Shown: in pieces, positions 29,668 through 42,223 of the stretch
Layout: the number at the start of each line of letters is the position of its first letter
How positions within the stretch are numbered: the stretch's first letter is position 1
NCBI GenBank assembly: GCA_963800655.1
Contig: CAWDBT010000001.1
Coordinates: 23,478-87,477 of the forward strand
From: Parachlamydiales bacterium
GTDB lineage: Bacteria > Chlamydiota > Chlamydiia > Chlamydiales > SM23-39
Direction of reading: 5' to 3'
DNA: 64,000 bases
The notes under the pieces: generated by a model
Databases searched by the model: none
Seen by the model: the letters and a program-made list of their open reading frames with translations, nothing else
What the model was told of the DNA's origin: nothing
Made by a program: the position numbers and the translations under genes

Positions 29668-30492
29668 ATGCCAAAACACTTTCGACCAGTTACTCCCGGG
29701 CAGCGAAAACTCGTTCAGCCCACAGCATCTCGAGCTCGACCCATCGGAGAAAAAAGCTCCGAAATCGTTGTTCGCGCCGAAGCGCAGAACCAACGGCCGC
29801 AATCACAACGGCCATATTACCTGTCGCCATAAAGGGGGCGGGCATAAGAAAAAATTCCGCGTGATCGATTTCAAGCGGGATAAAGAGAATATTCCAGCAA
29901 CTGTAGCAGGTGTCGAGTACGATCCAAATCGCTCCGCTTTGATCGCTTTGTTGCATTATGTAGATGGCGAGAAGCGATATATCATCGCTCCGCAGGGAAT
30001 TAAAAAAGGCGATGTCGTCTCGACATAGCGATGAGCCTCCATTTAAAATCGGCTGCTGCATGAGACTTAAGTTCATGCCCATCGGATCGGTCGTTCACAA
30101 TATCGAGATGGTTCCTGGCAAAGGCGCGCAAATTTGTCCGTTCCGCCGGTTTGTCAGCACAATTGGTTGGCTCGAAGCAATGGCTATGCGACGCTTCGCA
30201 TGCCGTCCGGAGAAATGCGCTTGATCAATGAAGATTGCCGAGCGACGTTCGGCGCGGTTTCGAATGCCGAGCATAATTTGCGCGTCATCGGAAAAGCAGG
30301 GCGCTCTCGCTGGATGGGGATTCGTCCGACGGTTCGCGGCGTGCAATGAACCCAGTCGACCACCCACACGGGGGCGGCGAAGGCCGAGGAAAAGGAAATA
30401 ATCCTCAGACGCCTTGGGCGCAATTTACGAAGGGATACCGCACCCGCTCGAAGAAAAAAACTAGAAAATGGGTCGTAAAGGAACGTAGGTAA
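29668..30492 (+). CDS. rplB: 50S ribosomal protein L2 (at least 5 frame disruptions)
   Basis: Pieces [118 protein letters not shown] and [14 protein letters not shown] are found across frames. Confidence 0.9.
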
Positions 30493-30495
30493 TAT

Positions 30496-30789
30496 ATGGG
30501 AAGATCATTAAAAAAAGGGCCCTTTGTAGATCATCATCTTCGGGCCAAAGTGACAAGCGCACATCAGGAAGGTGCGAAAAAAGCGGTAAAGACTTGGTCT
30601 CGCCGCTCGATGATCGTTCCTGAAATGGTGGGCCATACGTTCGACGTCCATAATGGGAAGAAATTTATTTCGGTTTACGTATCGGAAAATATGGTCGGCC
30701 ATCGCTTAGGAGAGTTTTCTCCTACGAGAACCTTTAAAGGACACCCGAAGAAAACCGCAGCAGCTACTGCTGCCGCCGCAACGACTTAA
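30496..30789 (+). CDS. rpsS: 30S ribosomal protein S19
   Basis: Intact 97 aa ([31 protein letters not shown]). Ala/Thr-rich C-terminal tail. Confidence 0.95.
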   Translation: MGRSLKKGPFVDHHLRAKVTSAHQEGAKKAVKTWSRRSMIVPEMVGHTFDVHNGKKFISVYVSENMVGHRLGEFSPTRTFKGHPKKTAAATAAAATT

Positions 30790-30802
30790 AGTAGGTTGAA
30801 TT

Positions 30803-31144
30803 ATGCAATTTGCTAAAGCCTGCACGAAATATGTGCGCATCAGTCCTCGTAAGGCTCGATATGCTGCGGATTTGATTCGGGGGCTTTCCGTAGAAAAAGC
30901 CTCTCTCCAGTTGCTATATTCGAAGCTCCGAGGCGGACGTCTTTTAAAGAAAACATTGGATAGCGCTGTTGCAAATGCTGAAACGCAAATGGATGCACGT
31001 CGCGAATCGTTGAAAGTTCATGAAGTGCGCGTCGATCCGGGTCCTATCTTGAGAAGGGCTAAGCCGCGCAGCCGCGGATCTTCCGTGCCGGTGAATAAGC
31101 GGACGAGCCATTTTACGATTGTTTTAACGGCGGCACAAGGTTAA
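30803..31144 (+). CDS. rplV: 50S ribosomal protein L22
   Basis: Intact 113 aa (ISPRKARYAADLIRG..). Confidence 0.9.
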   Translation: MQFAKACTKYVRISPRKARYAADLIRGLSVEKASLQLLYSKLRGGRLLKKTLDSAVANAETQMDARRESLKVHEVRVDPGPILRRAKPRSRGSSVPVNKRTSHFTIVLTAAQG

Positions 31145-31158
31145 AGGAGACAGCGAAC

Positions 31159-31819
31159 ATGGGACAAAAAGTATCGCCGATTGGATTCCGCTTCGTGCGC
31201 CGCAAAAAGTGGCTCTCCAATTGGTATGCGAATAAGCAAGAATTCGGACAGATCTGATCGGAGAAGATAAAAAAATTCGCGAATATCTGGTGACCAAGCC
31301 CGCTTGCCAAGGCGCATCTCGATTTCAGATCAAACGCATGAGCGGCAAGATCGAAGTAACGATCTTTACTGCCAGACCCGGGCTTGTCATCGGAAAAAAG
31401 GCGCTGAAATCGATATTCTGAAAAATGAACTGCGAAAACTGACCGGCAAAGAAGTCTGGATCGAAGTCGAGGAAATCAAACGCCCTGATCTCGATGCGAA
31501 ACTGGTTGCTGACGGAATTGCGAAACAGCTTGAGCGCCGGATTCCTTTCAGACGGATTCTGAAAAAAACGATGCAAACGTCGATGGATGCAGGCGCGGCT
31601 GGTATTAAAGTCCAGATTTCTGGACGTATCGGCGGCGCGGAAATCGCTCGCGTTGAATGGTATAAAGAAGGACGTATTCCTCTGCATACGATGCGCGCAG
31701 ATATTGATTATGCGACTGGGCGAGCTGAAACGACCTATGGATCGATCGGCGTAAAAGTGTGGATTAACCGCGGCGAAGAAGTCATGCGCATCGCCAAAAC
31801 CTGCTATCGGGAGCGTTAA
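31159..31819 (+). CDS. rpsC: 30S ribosomal protein S3 (frame-disrupted; one shift at an A6 run, 31394-31399)
   Basis: [24 protein letters not shown] / [18 protein letters not shown] / [35 protein letters not shown] lie in different frames. Confidence 0.9.
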
Positions 31820-31821
31820 TC

Positions 31822-32242
31822 ATGGCATTGATGCCTAGTACGAACGAAATTTAGAAAACAGCAAAAAGGCTCTATGTCAGGCTTGACCAAAGGCGGAGCA
31901 TTCGTCGAATTCGGCGAATTCGGAATGCAGTCGTTTGGATCGAGGATGGATTACAGGCCAGCAAATCGAAGCTTGCCGCGTGACGATTACTCGATTTTTT
32001 AGCCGTAAAGGAAAGTGTGGATTCGGATTTTCCCAGATAAGCCGGTTTCTAAAAAGCCAGCTGAAACGCGAATGGGTACAGGGAAAGGCGCTCCCGATCA
32101 TTGGGTGGCCTGCGTAAAACCAGGACGAATTCTATTTGAAGTAGCCAACGTAACTCGCGAAGAGGCGCAAGAAGCGCTTCGTTTAGCTGCTGCAAAGCTG
32201 CCTCTGCGCACCAAATTCGTCGATAGAGTGGAGACGGTATAA
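31822..32242 (+). CDS. rplP: 50S ribosomal protein L16 (frame-disrupted)
   Basis: MALMPS / [30 protein letters not shown] / [42 protein letters not shown] lie in different frames. Confidence 0.9.
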
Positions 32243-32244
32243 GT

Positions 32245-32450
32245 ATGGCAAAAGAAACAAAAGAAAAAATCAGATCGATCCGAAGATGAATTGAAAGCCC
32301 AAGCGGATCTCTGATCGAGAAATGTTTGCGTTGCGCAATGAACTCGCAATGCAGCGCAAGCTTGAAAAACCGCACCTATTAAAGGCAAAGCGCCATGAGC
32401 GAGCCAGGCTTTTGACCATCATGACGCAAAATCGGAGAAAGGCGAAATGA
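32245..32450 (+). CDS. rpmC: 50S ribosomal protein L29 (frame-disrupted)
   Basis: MAKETKEK.. / MFALRNELAMQRKLEKPHLLKAKRHERARLLTIMTQ... The stop overlaps the rpsQ ATG (ATGA). Confidence 0.75.
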
Positions 32451-32698
32451 ATATATCTGAAAGAGGAACCCGCAAAGAAAAATCGGCGTTGTCATCTCCA
32501 ATAAGATGACAATACCGTGACGGTTCAAGTGACCCGCAAAATGCGGCATGAAAAGTATGGAAAAGTCATCGAGCGTTCGAAGAAATTTTATGCTCATGAC
32601 GATACGCAATGCGCTGCAAATCGGGCAGACAAGTGCGTATTATGGAAATGCGCCCCCTGTCCAAGCTGAAGCGATGGCGGGTGGTTGAAGTCCTGTAA
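32447..32698 (+). CDS. rpsQ: 30S ribosomal protein S17 (frame-disrupted)
   Basis: MNISERGTRKEK / [40 protein letters not shown] / VRIMEMRPLSKLKRWRVVEVL* lie across frames. Confidence 0.85.
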
Positions 32699-32719
32699 TT
32701 GTAGAGAGGCTGAAAGTAT

Positions 32720-33088
32720 ATGATTCAACAAGAAACCGATCTGGAAGTCGCTGACAATACAGGGGCCAAAAGAGTTCGATGCTTTAAAGTTCTGGGCGGA
32801 ACAAGACGCCGATATGCGCGAGTAGGCGATATCATCGTCTGTTCGATTAAAGAAGCGGATACCAAAGGCGCTGTGAAGAAAGGCGAAGTTGTGAAAGCAG
32901 TGGTGGTTCGAACGAAAGGATACATTCGTAGATCCGATGGATCTCTTCTCCGATTTTATGACAATAGCTGTGTCATTATCGATGATAAAAATAATCCGCG
33001 GGGAACGCGGATTTTTGGTCCGATTGCGCGCGAAGTGCGCGATGGCGGATTCGTCAAGATCAGTTCTCTAGCCCCTGAAGTGATTTGA
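32720..33088 (+). CDS. rplN: 50S ribosomal protein L14
   Basis: Intact 122 aa ([27 protein letters not shown]..). Confidence 0.95.
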   Translation: MIQQETDLEVADNTGAKRVRCFKVLGGTRRRYARVGDIIVCSIKEADTKGAVKKGEVVKAVVVRTKGYIRRSDGSLLRFYDNSCVIIDDKNNPRGTRIFGPIAREVRDGGFVKISSLAPEVI

Positions 33089-33093
33089 GGTAA

Positions 33094-33416
33094 ATGATGA
33101 GCAAATGGATTAGAAAAGGCGATCGCGTATTAGTCATTGCCGGCAATGACAAGGGCAAAGCAGGAGAAGTGTTATCCCGCAGCGAAGATCGAGTGCATTG
33201 TCCAAGGCGTCAACATTCGAAAGAAGCACATGAAGCCGAACGCAGGAGACCCAAGGCGGGCGCATCGTCGAAATGGAAGTGCCCATCCATATTTCGAATG
33301 TATGCCTCTGCGATAAAGAAAATCAGCCTATAAGGCTGCAGAGTAAAAGGAGAAAAATGGTGAGCGAGATCTCGTATATCGCGACGGCAAGAAAGATGTC
33401 GTTTATCGCTCCGTGA
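33094..33416 (+). CDS. rplX: 50S ribosomal protein L24 (frame-disrupted; 3' end uncertain)
   Basis: MMSKWIRKGDRVLVIAGNDKGKAGEVL / IVQGVNIRKKHMKP / IVEMEVPIHISNVCLCDKEN lie in different frames. The stop position could not be fixed. Confidence 0.75.
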
Positions 33417-33436
33417 AGAAAACCAGCATAGGTACC

Positions 33437-33974
33437 ATGTCCAGACTCCAGAAAAAATTTAAAGAGCAAGTGCTCCCAGAGCTACAAGCTCGCCATCGAG
33501 CAGCGATGCGCGATGGAGCTGCCGAGGCTGAAGAAAATCGTGATCAGCATGGGGCTTTCGGAAGCTCTCAAAGATAAAAATGCAATTCAGGATCACGGAA
33601 AAGAGCTCGCTGCTGCTTTCGGGGCAAAAACCTGTAGTGACCCGCGCCAAGAAAGGCGATTTCGAATTTCAAATTGCGCGAAGATCAGTCGATCGGCTTG
33701 ATGGTGACGATGCGCGGCAAGAGGATGTATCGATTTTCTCGATCGTTTTTGCAATATCGTTGCGCCTCGCATCCGCGACTTTCGAGGATTTAATAAAAAA
33801 GGCGATGGCCGAGGAAATTATAGTTTCGGCATCGACGACCAACAGATCTTCCCGGAAATCAACCTCGATGAAGTAAAACGTCAGCAGGGCATGAATATCA
33901 CCCTCGTGACAACAGCAACAAACGACGGTGATTGCATTGAATTGCTCACACTGCTCGGGTTTCCGTTTAAGTAA
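33437..33974 (+). CDS. rplE: 50S ribosomal protein L5 (frame-disrupted)
   Basis: [16 protein letters not shown] / [23 protein letters not shown] / [11 protein letters not shown] / [30 protein letters not shown] / [20 protein letters not shown]. Confidence 0.85.
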
Positions 33975-33986
33975 GAGGAATTAAAT

Positions 33987-34379
33987 ATGGCTTTCAATGA
34001 CCCTATTGCAGAAATGCTGACAAAATTGCGGAATGCAAAAGATGCGCAGCATCGCTACGTCGATCTGAGTACCAGTAAAATCAAGATTCAAATCCTCGAG
34101 ATCTTGAAAGAGAATGGATTCATCGAGAATTTCCTGGTGAGCGAAGAAAATCACAAGATCCGCGTCTTTTTGCGGTATATGAAAAATCGCCAGCCAATCC
34201 TTAGCGGACTGAAGCGCGTTTCGACTCCCGGATGGCGCAAATATATCGGATATAAAGATATGCCTTGCGTATTTAACGGAATGGGGATTGCGATTGTATC
34301 GACATGCAAAGGGATCGTCGATGGAGAAACCGCCCGCAATTTGAAAGTCGGCGGCGAATTATTGTGTACGATTTGGTAA
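33987..34379 (+). CDS. rpsH: 30S ribosomal protein S8
   Basis: Intact 130 aa (DPIAEMLTKLRNA..GGELLCTIW). Confidence 0.95.
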   Translation: MAFNDPIAEMLTKLRNAKDAQHRYVDLSTSKIKIQILEILKENGFIENFLVSEENHKIRVFLRYMKNRQPILSGLKRVSTPGWRKYIGYKDMPCVFNGMGIAIVSTCKGIVDGETARNLKVGGELLCTIW

Positions 34380-34396
34380 GGCAAGAGGAAACGAAG

Positions 34397-34943
34397 ATGT
34401 CTAGACTTGGAAAACTACCCATTGCGCTTCCAAAAGGCGTAGAGGTGAAGCAATCGAAAGAAGGCCTCGTTCACGTAAAGGGTCCTAAGGGAACCATGGA
34501 ATTCCAGCTCCCCGTTGGATTGAAGGCAAGAATTGAAGGATCCGCTGTATTCATCGACCGCGATGACGACTTCTGAGGCGCCGAAAGCGCTCCATGGCCT
34601 TTATTGGGCGATGATCAAGAACGCCGTGATCGGAGTGAATGAACAGTTTGAGAAAAAGCTATCGCTCATCGGAGTCGGATATCGAGCAGCCGTCGCCGGA
34701 ACCCGCCTCGATTTGCAGCTCGGATTTTCGCATCCCACGTTCCTTGAGATTCCCAAGACAATCACAGTTGCAGTCGACAAGGGTATCCTCATCAGCATCA
34801 AAGGCGCCGATAAACATGAGGTAGGCCAATTTGCGGCTGCCGTTCGTTCGATCAAACCTCCCGAGCCTTATAAAGGGAAAGGGATTCGTTACGAAGACGA
34901 GTTTGTCCGCAAGAAAGAAGGAAAGGCAGCTAAAGGGAAATAA
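34397..34943 (+). CDS. rplF: 50S ribosomal protein L6 (one frame shift near 34570)
   Basis: MSRLGKLPIALPKGVEVK..VKGPKGT joins ORF 34533..34943 (GVGYRAAVAGTRLDLQLGFSHP..PYKGKGIRYEDE). Confidence 0.9.
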
Positions 34944-34945
34944 TC

Positions 34946-35312
34946 ATGGATAATTCGCAAAAGAAAAAAAGAATTTCGCGGCTCGCTCGTAGCATTTCGA
35001 GTCAGAAAAAAGGTTCGAGGAACGGCCGTGAAGCCAAGGCTTTCCGTATCGAAGAGCAACCGCCACATTTATGCCCAGTTGATCGATGATGAAAACCGAG
35101 TGACTTTGGGCGGCATCGGAACCCTGTCAAAAGCCGACAAAACCAAAGCCGGCAAATCGAAGGAATCCGCTCGTATGATCGGATCGCAAATCGCTCAGAT
35201 CGCAAAAGAAAAAAATATCGACACAGTTGTGTTCGATCGCGGTCGTTTTAAATTTCATGGAATCATTGCTGAACTGGCCAACGCAGCACGCGAAGCCGGA
35301 TTGCAATTTTAA
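34946..35312 (+). CDS. rplR: 50S ribosomal protein L18 (shift in an A7 run at 34964-34970)
   Basis: MDNSQKKK.. then ORF 35028..35312 (KPRLSVSKSNRHIYAQLIDD..VVFDRGRFKFHGIIAELANAAREAGLQF). Confidence 0.9.
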
Positions 35313-35324
35313 TTGAGGAAGTAC

Positions 35325-35827
35325 ATGGCCAAGGAAATGGAAAGAAAACGCCAGGAAGATTTCGGAACGGAATTCGAAGAAAAGACCCTTTATATCAACC
35401 GTTGCTCAAAAGTCGTCAAAGGCGGTCGAAAATTTAGCTTTTCCGCTCTGATCCTCGTCGGAGATGGACAAGGGCATGTCGGCTACGGATTTGCCAAGGC
35501 GAATGAAGTGTCCGATGCGATCCGCAAAGGCGGCGAAGCAGCTCGGAAAAATATCTACACGATCGAAATGGAAGGCACGTACGATTCCCCATGATATTTA
35601 TGTCGAATGGGACGGGGCGAAAGTGCTTTTGAAGCCAGCTCCCGAAGGAACCGGGATTGTCGCTGGGTCGAAAATGCGATCGATCCTAGAGCTCGGCGGA
35701 GTGAAGAATGTGATTGCAAAAAGTCTTGGTTCCAGCAATCCGCTCAACCAGGTGAAGGCGACTTTTAAAGCCATCTCGCCAACTGAGAAATCGTGAAAAA
35801 CGCCTTGCTGAACGAAAAGGGGCATAA
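35325..35827 (+). CDS. rpsE: 30S ribosomal protein S5 (frame-disrupted)
   Basis: [49 protein letters not shown] / [42 protein letters not shown]. Confidence 0.9.
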
Positions 35828-35830
35828 GCC

Positions 35831-36291
35831 ATGTTGTCATCTATCCGTATTAAAAAATACATCGCGTCCTAAGAAGAAAATACAACGCGTCGGACGAGGC
35901 ATAGGCTCGAGACGTGGAAAAACTTCCTGCCGCGGCGTCAAAGGAGACGGCTGTCGCAGAGGGTATACCCGCCGTTTTGGATATGAAGGCGGACAAGTGC
36001 CTTTGTATCGCAAATTGCCGGTGCGCGGATTTACACGGGGCCGCTTTGACAAACCTTCATATGCGATTTCCTTGGGCAAGATCGAAGCTGCTTTTGATGA
36101 CAGGCGAAACTGTCAATTACGAATCGCTGCGCGAAAGAGGCCTCGTGCCTCGAAAGCTTCCTGGGGGGATTAAAATCCTCGGGTCCGGAGAGCTGATGAA
36201 GAAAGTCAAAATTGAAGCCCATGCGTTTTCCGAAGGCGCTAAGCAAAAACTGGATGCCAATAAGATCCAGTATCAAGTCATCCAAGCCTGA
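35831..36291 (+). CDS. rplO: 50S ribosomal protein L15 (frame-disrupted)
   Basis: ATG at 35831, then [42 protein letters not shown] (frame of ORF 35793..) and [23 protein letters not shown] (ORF 35914..36291). Confidence 0.85.
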
Positions 36292-36308
36292 ACAAATCGA
36301 AGGGCGAT

Positions 36309-37681
36309 ATGATAGATGCCATCCGCCGCGTGTTCTCGATCCCAGAGCTGCGAGCGAAGATTTTCTTCACTTTGAGCTTGCTGGCCGTATGCCGCATCGG
36401 TGCGTATATCTCCGTTCCAGGAATTAATGCAGATGTCGCGATCACCCTGTTTAAATATGCGACCGGAGGCGGTCAGAATTTATTTCAGCTCGTCGATATT
36501 TTTTCCGGCGGCGCATTTGCGCAGATGACGGTATTCGCCCTCGGCGTCATGCCCTATATTTCAGCATCGATTATTCTGCAGGTGTTGATTACTCTGATTC
36601 CTTCTTTGCAGCGGGAAATTCGCGAAAGCCCCGATCAAGGTCGCCGCAAACTGTCCAAATGGACGCGGCTGGCCACTTTGTGCTGGCTCTTTTCCAGTCC
36701 GGCTCTGTATGCGAAATATGCCGTTCAGCATGAACGAATCGCAGTCCTGGCATCGTCGTATCCGGATCTTCTCGATGTTCAGATGTTCGGCTTTCCATGG
36801 CTGTTTTATCTGACCTTTATGGCTACCATGACGGCAGGAACCTTCTCCTCATGTGGATCGGCGAGCAGATCACTGAAAAAGGGATTGGCAACGGCATCAG
36901 CCTGATCATCGCGGTCGGCATTTTCTCTTCTCTGCCCATGACGATCGGATCGATCATTAAGCAACTGAATCTGGAATCCCAGGAAGCCGGGCAACTTAGC
37001 TTTGCCACCTTGGTCGTTTTGTGCGCGCTGTTCGTCTTGATCATCATCGGCACGATTTTAGTCGATTCAGGGCCAGCGCAGAATTCCTCTCCAATATGCG
37101 CGGCGCATCGTAGGCCGCCATGAAGTGCAAGGGGGCAATTCCCATATTCCGCTTAAAATCAACTATGCCGGCGTGATTCCCGTGATTTTCGCCGCATCCG
37201 TCCTGATGTTTCCTGCGACGATTGGACAGTTTTTGGGCCGCAATAGCTGGTTTGGACAGTTATCGAGCTACTCGCTCCAGGAACTTGGGTCTATTTACTC
37301 CTCTACGTTCTGTTAATTTTATTTTTTACTTACTTTTGGACCGCGACCCAGTTTAAGCCGGAGCAGATCGCATCCGATATGAAAAACAATGGAGCGTTTA
37401 TTCCAGGCATCCGCCAAGGAAAACCGACCCAGGATTTCTTGGAAGCAGACCATGAGCCGGATTACCTTGCAGGAGCTGTATTTCTTGCGATCATTGCGAT
37501 TCTTCCGACTTTGGTCGGGCGATTGATGGGAGTAGATGCGCGGATCAGCCAATTTTTTGGAGGAACTTCCTTGTTGATCTTGGTCGGGGTGATCCTCGAC
37601 ACGACCAAACAGATTGAGTCTCATCTACTTATGAAGCGATATGACGGATTTATGAAAAAAGGTCGCCTAAGGGGACGTTAA
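36309..37681 (+). CDS. secY: Preprotein translocase subunit SecY (at least 3 frame disruptions)
   Basis: Four consecutive track ORFs (36309.., 36797.., 37125.., 37379..37681) carry successive SecY segments: [15 protein letters not shown]; [22 protein letters not shown]; [15 protein letters not shown]; [23 protein letters not shown]. Confidence 0.9.
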
Positions 37682-37742
37682 AAGTTTGTCAGTTAACAAG
37701 TTCATGTGTTATTTTAGACTGAAGCAAATTTAAGGAAAAAGC

Positions 37743-38133
37743 ATGCCTAGAGTCATCGGTATTGATATCCCAGGGAATAAACGATTAGAAGTGGCCCTGA
37801 CCTATATCTACGGATCGGACGGACAGCTCTCGAACCAAATCATCGAAAAGCTGGGTTTGGATAAAGATATGCGCGCGCAGAACCTGACGGAAGATGACAT
37901 TGCGAAAATCAACGCAGTCCTCCAGAGCAGACTATGTCGTCGAGGGAGATTTGCGACGGCAGATTCAAAATAACATTAAGCGATTGATCGGTATCAATTG
38001 CTATCGCGGGATGCGCCATCGCTTGGGACTGCCGGTACGCGGCCAGCGAACCCGCACGAATTCCCGCACCCGTAAGGGCAAGCGCAAAACCGTTGCGAAC
38101 AAGAAAGATTTAATGATCGATAGAGGAGATTAG
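37743..38133 (+). CDS. rpsM: 30S ribosomal protein S13 (one shift near 37925)
   Basis: [24 protein letters not shown].. joins [49 protein letters not shown]. Confidence 0.9.
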
Positions 38134-38137
38134 AGCC

Positions 38138-38555
38138 TTGGCAAAGCAAGAACAGAAAGCGCCGCCGAAAAAAGCTGGCGTCCGCGTTAAAAAGAAGATT
38201 CAACGAACTGTTCCGGCTGGGATTGCCCATGTGAAAGCTACATTCAATAACACGATTGTCAGCATCACCGACTTGGCGGGCAATGTTGGTGGCGTGGTCT
38301 TCTGCTGGGAAGTCGAATTTTTCCGGATCGCGAAAATCTTCGGCATTTGCGGCGACAGTCGCTGCACAAAATGCAGCTCGCGAAGCGATGGATGTGGGAA
38401 TGAAAGAATGCGAAGTGAATTTGAACGGTCCGGGCGCAGGGCGCGAATCAGCCGTCCGCGGACTGCAGAGCGCAGGACTTGCGATTACGATCATCCGCGA
38501 CTGCACTCCTGTTCCGCATAACGGATGCCGGGCTCGGAAACGTCGACGCGTGTAA
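38138..38555 (+). CDS. rpsK: 30S ribosomal protein S11 (one shift near 38290)
   Basis: TTG start. [25 protein letters not shown] joins [42 protein letters not shown]. Confidence 0.9.
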
Positions 38556-38581
38556 TACGAAACATTGAGAGGAGTCCCAAC

Positions 38582-39683
38582 ATGGTAGTCAAGTATGGCA
38601 AATTCGAAATGCCGGAAAAGATCAAGATAGACGAAGCCAGCCAAACCGCAACATTTGCCCGATTCGTGGTCGAGCCCTTTGAAAAGGGATTCGGACATAC
38701 GATCGGCAATACGCTCCGCAGAGATGATGCTGGCCTCTCTAGAGGCTCCTGCGATTTTGTCGGTTCGGATCGAGGGAGTTTCCCATGAGTACATGGCGAT
38801 CGAGGGCATCATCGAGGACATGACTCATATCATCTTGAACATCAAAGGGTTCCTTGCTCCGAAAGCTGAGCACCAATCCGGAGTTCTCTCCTAGAGAATC
38901 AAGCAGTTTCGCGCGTTCTCGAAATTACGGATGACATGATCGAAAAAGGCGGCGGCGAATATAAAGTCGTGCGTAAAAGACCTCTTTGCCGATTCCGATT
39001 ATTCGAATTGTGAATCCCGACCACCATTTGTTCACCGTGACTAAGCCGATGACTCGGCGTGTCGATTTGAAAGTCACAAATGGACGTGGATATGTTCCTT
39101 CCGAGCGCCATGCCTTCGATAAGATGAACGATGAAATCGTCATCGATTCCGCGTTTTCTCCGGTTCGGCTGGTCAATTACTACGTCGAAAATACAAGGGT
39201 CGGACAAGACACGGACTTCGATCGTTTGAATCATCGAAGTGACGACCGATGGGCGAGTTACCCCGATCGAAGCCCTCGACATTCGCATCGCAAATTTCAA
39301 TTCAGCACCTGCAGGTATTCGAAGGCATTAAAACGCATGCGATCGTATTCGATAAAGGCGAAATGGCAACGAATCGCGACCGCGATGAACTGCTGCAAAA
39401 GCTCGCGCTGAAAATCAATGAAATCGAACTCTCTGTCCGCTCGACGAATTGCCTCGCGCATGCAAGCATCGAAACGATCGGAGAACTGGTTGTCATGCCG
39501 GAATCCGACATGCTGCGCTTCCGAAATTTCGGCAAAAAATCGCTGACCGAAATCAAGCAGAAACTCGACGAACTCGGATTGTCCTTGGGAATGGATCTCG
39601 CAAAATACGGAATCAACCGCGAGAACATCAAGGCTATTATTCAAACTTATCTACAAGAAAAAACTGGAAACGTTGACGTATGA
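38582..39683 (+). CDS. rpoA: DNA-directed RNA polymerase alpha subunit (multiple frame disruptions)
   Basis: [63 protein letters not shown] and [11 protein letters not shown].. lie across frames. The intact C-terminal-domain ORF is 39249..39683 ([22 protein letters not shown]). Confidence 0.9.
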
Positions 39684-40105
39684 GACACGCGAAGCATACT
39701 TTCAAAGTTGGCCGAACCGGCTCGCATCGCCGCAGTATGATCGCCAACATGTTGAAATCCCTCATTGAAAATGGGCGCATTGCGACCACGGTTGTGAAAG
39801 CGAAAGAGCTTCGCCGCCATGCGGATCGCATGATTACGATGGCCAAAAAGAACACCTTGGCTTCGAAGCGGAATGCGATTTCGAAGCTCCATGTCGCATT
39901 TAATCCTTTGACGAGCCAAGAGGCTCGAAAAGTGAAATCCGGCGACAAGAGCGCATTTGGCCGCGACCGGATTGTGGTCGATAAACTATTCGGGGAACTC
40001 CGCGAACGGTTCGCAGACCGTCCAGGGGGATATACCCGGATTATCAAGACCCAAGACCGGATCGGCGATGGCGCGTCTTTGTGCTACGTCGAGTACGTAA
40101 AATAG
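39680..40105 (+). CDS. rplQ: 50S ribosomal protein L17
   Basis: Intact 141 aa ([32 protein letters not shown]). The ATG overlaps the rpoA stop. Confidence 0.95.
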   Translation: MRHAKHTFKVGRTGSHRRSMIANMLKSLIENGRIATTVVKAKELRRHADRMITMAKKNTLASKRNAISKLHVAFNPLTSQEARKVKSGDKSAFGRDRIVVDKLFGELRERFADRPGGYTRIIKTQDRIGDGASLCYVEYVK

Positions 40106-40128
40106 TTGATTCTCAAGATTTAAGAATG

Positions 40129-40167
40129 CCCAAATGAGCTGAAAAATTCGCTCATTTGGGTCTTTTT
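40129..40167 (+). terminator. Rho-independent terminator after rplQ
   Basis: CCCAAATGAGC (40129-39), a 10-nt loop, GCTCATTTGGG (40150-60), then TCTTTTT. Confidence 0.75.
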
Positions 40168-40236
40168 CCAATGCCTCAAAGAGGTTCTTTACAAGGAGAG
40201 GAAAATTCGCTATCTTGAGGAAAAACGGGGGGCTTT

Positions 40237-41245
<1,009 letters not shown>

Positions 41246-41335
41246 AGAAACATTCTCGGTACGGGATTCGATTGCAGGATCCGCTCGGCGCAGCGCTAGA
41301 GCGGTTCGAATTCGCCTGTCCCGATATTTCCGGGG

Positions 41336-42145
41336 ATGTTCTATCCGATCGCAACCGCGACCTACTTGATCAACCATTCAATTACGGAAACCTCAGTGAA
41401 TTTTACTCGAGAACCTATCGTCGAGACAGTGATTACACCCCGAGAAGGGTGTCAATTGCTGCTCCGAAACAGCAAAGGAAACGGCCCTGAAGAATTTTTT
41501 GTCGACGCAGTCGAAGTCGTTTCATTTGGACATTCATTATTCTTCCGTTCCCTAGAACGCCCCAGATCTTTTTTAGTCCCTATGAGCGACTACGAAGTAT
41601 TGGAACAGAAGGAAACTCGCATGGCTCTAAAAAATCCAGGCAGCGAGCGTTCGATTAAAATCGGCGGGGGACGCGATATGCCGATTCGTTCACAACCGGC
41701 TCGCGAGCCTTCTGAAGAAGTCGCAGCGCCTCGTTCCGAAGCGCCCGGCGAGTCATTTCCGCAGCAGGCCCAGCAGCAACAGCCTGGGGATCGGTTCGAC
41801 AAAAAACGGGATCGACGCCGTTCCCGCAGACGCCGAGGCGGCGGTTCGTTCGAGTCTCGCCCGCAGGAAGGCGGAGCTCCTTCTGAAGGACAGCCCGAAA
41901 CTTTCCAAAACGCACCCACACAGAACGGAGGTGAGAGAGACGTCGAGGGACAGGCCCCATCGTTTATCTCGAAATTATTTCCTCCTCCCCCAACGCTTAT
42001 TAAAGAGACTCTCAGCCGCTATAAAACCACCGAAGAAGGAGTGGTAATCGAGGAAAAGCCTTCTTTTTCCGAAGACGCGTTCGAGAAATCTCCCGAGGAA
42101 TCTAAAGATCAAAGCTCCGACGACGATACGAAGTTCGAAGACTGA
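41336..42145 (+). CDS. Hypothetical protein: about 90-aa folded N-domain plus an Arg/Gly/Gln-rich and acidic disordered tail
   Basis: 269 aa with ..DRFDKKRDRRRSRRRRGGGSFESRPQEGG.. and then an acidic end. An alternative in-frame GTG start lies at 41396. No family recognised. Confidence 0.5.
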   Translation: MFYPIATATYLINHSITETSVNFTREPIVETVITPREGCQLLLRNSKGNGPEEFFVDAVEVVSFGHSLFFRSLERPRSFLVPMSDYEVLEQKETRMALKNPGSERSIKIGGGRDMPIRSQPAREPSEEVAAPRSEAPGESFPQQAQQQQPGDRFDKKRDRRRSRRRRGGGSFESRPQEGGAPSEGQPETFQNAPTQNGGERDVEGQAPSFISKLFPPPPTLIKETLSRYKTTEEGVVIEEKPSFSEDAFEKSPEESKDQSSDDDTKFED

Positions 42146-42153
42146 TTTTTTCA

Positions 42154-42176
42154 AGAGCCCGCTTTGGGCGGGCTCT
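42154..42176. terminator. GC-rich hairpin between convergent genes (possible terminator)
   Basis: AGAGCCCGC-TTTGG-GCGGGCTCT, a 9-bp stem. The T6 run lies upstream of the stem on the plus strand, so neither direction is canonical. Confidence 0.35.
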
Positions 42177-42223
42177 CGATATCCAATTGTTTTTCCTTCC
42201 GAACCTATCCCAGTAACGAGCTT

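Noticed and set aside
37994-38821. 275-aa minus-strand ORF antisense to rpsM/rpsK/rpoA
   Set aside because: This is a shadow ORF opposite highly conserved ribosomal and RNAP genes, with a low-complexity Arg/Ser/Pro-rich translation.
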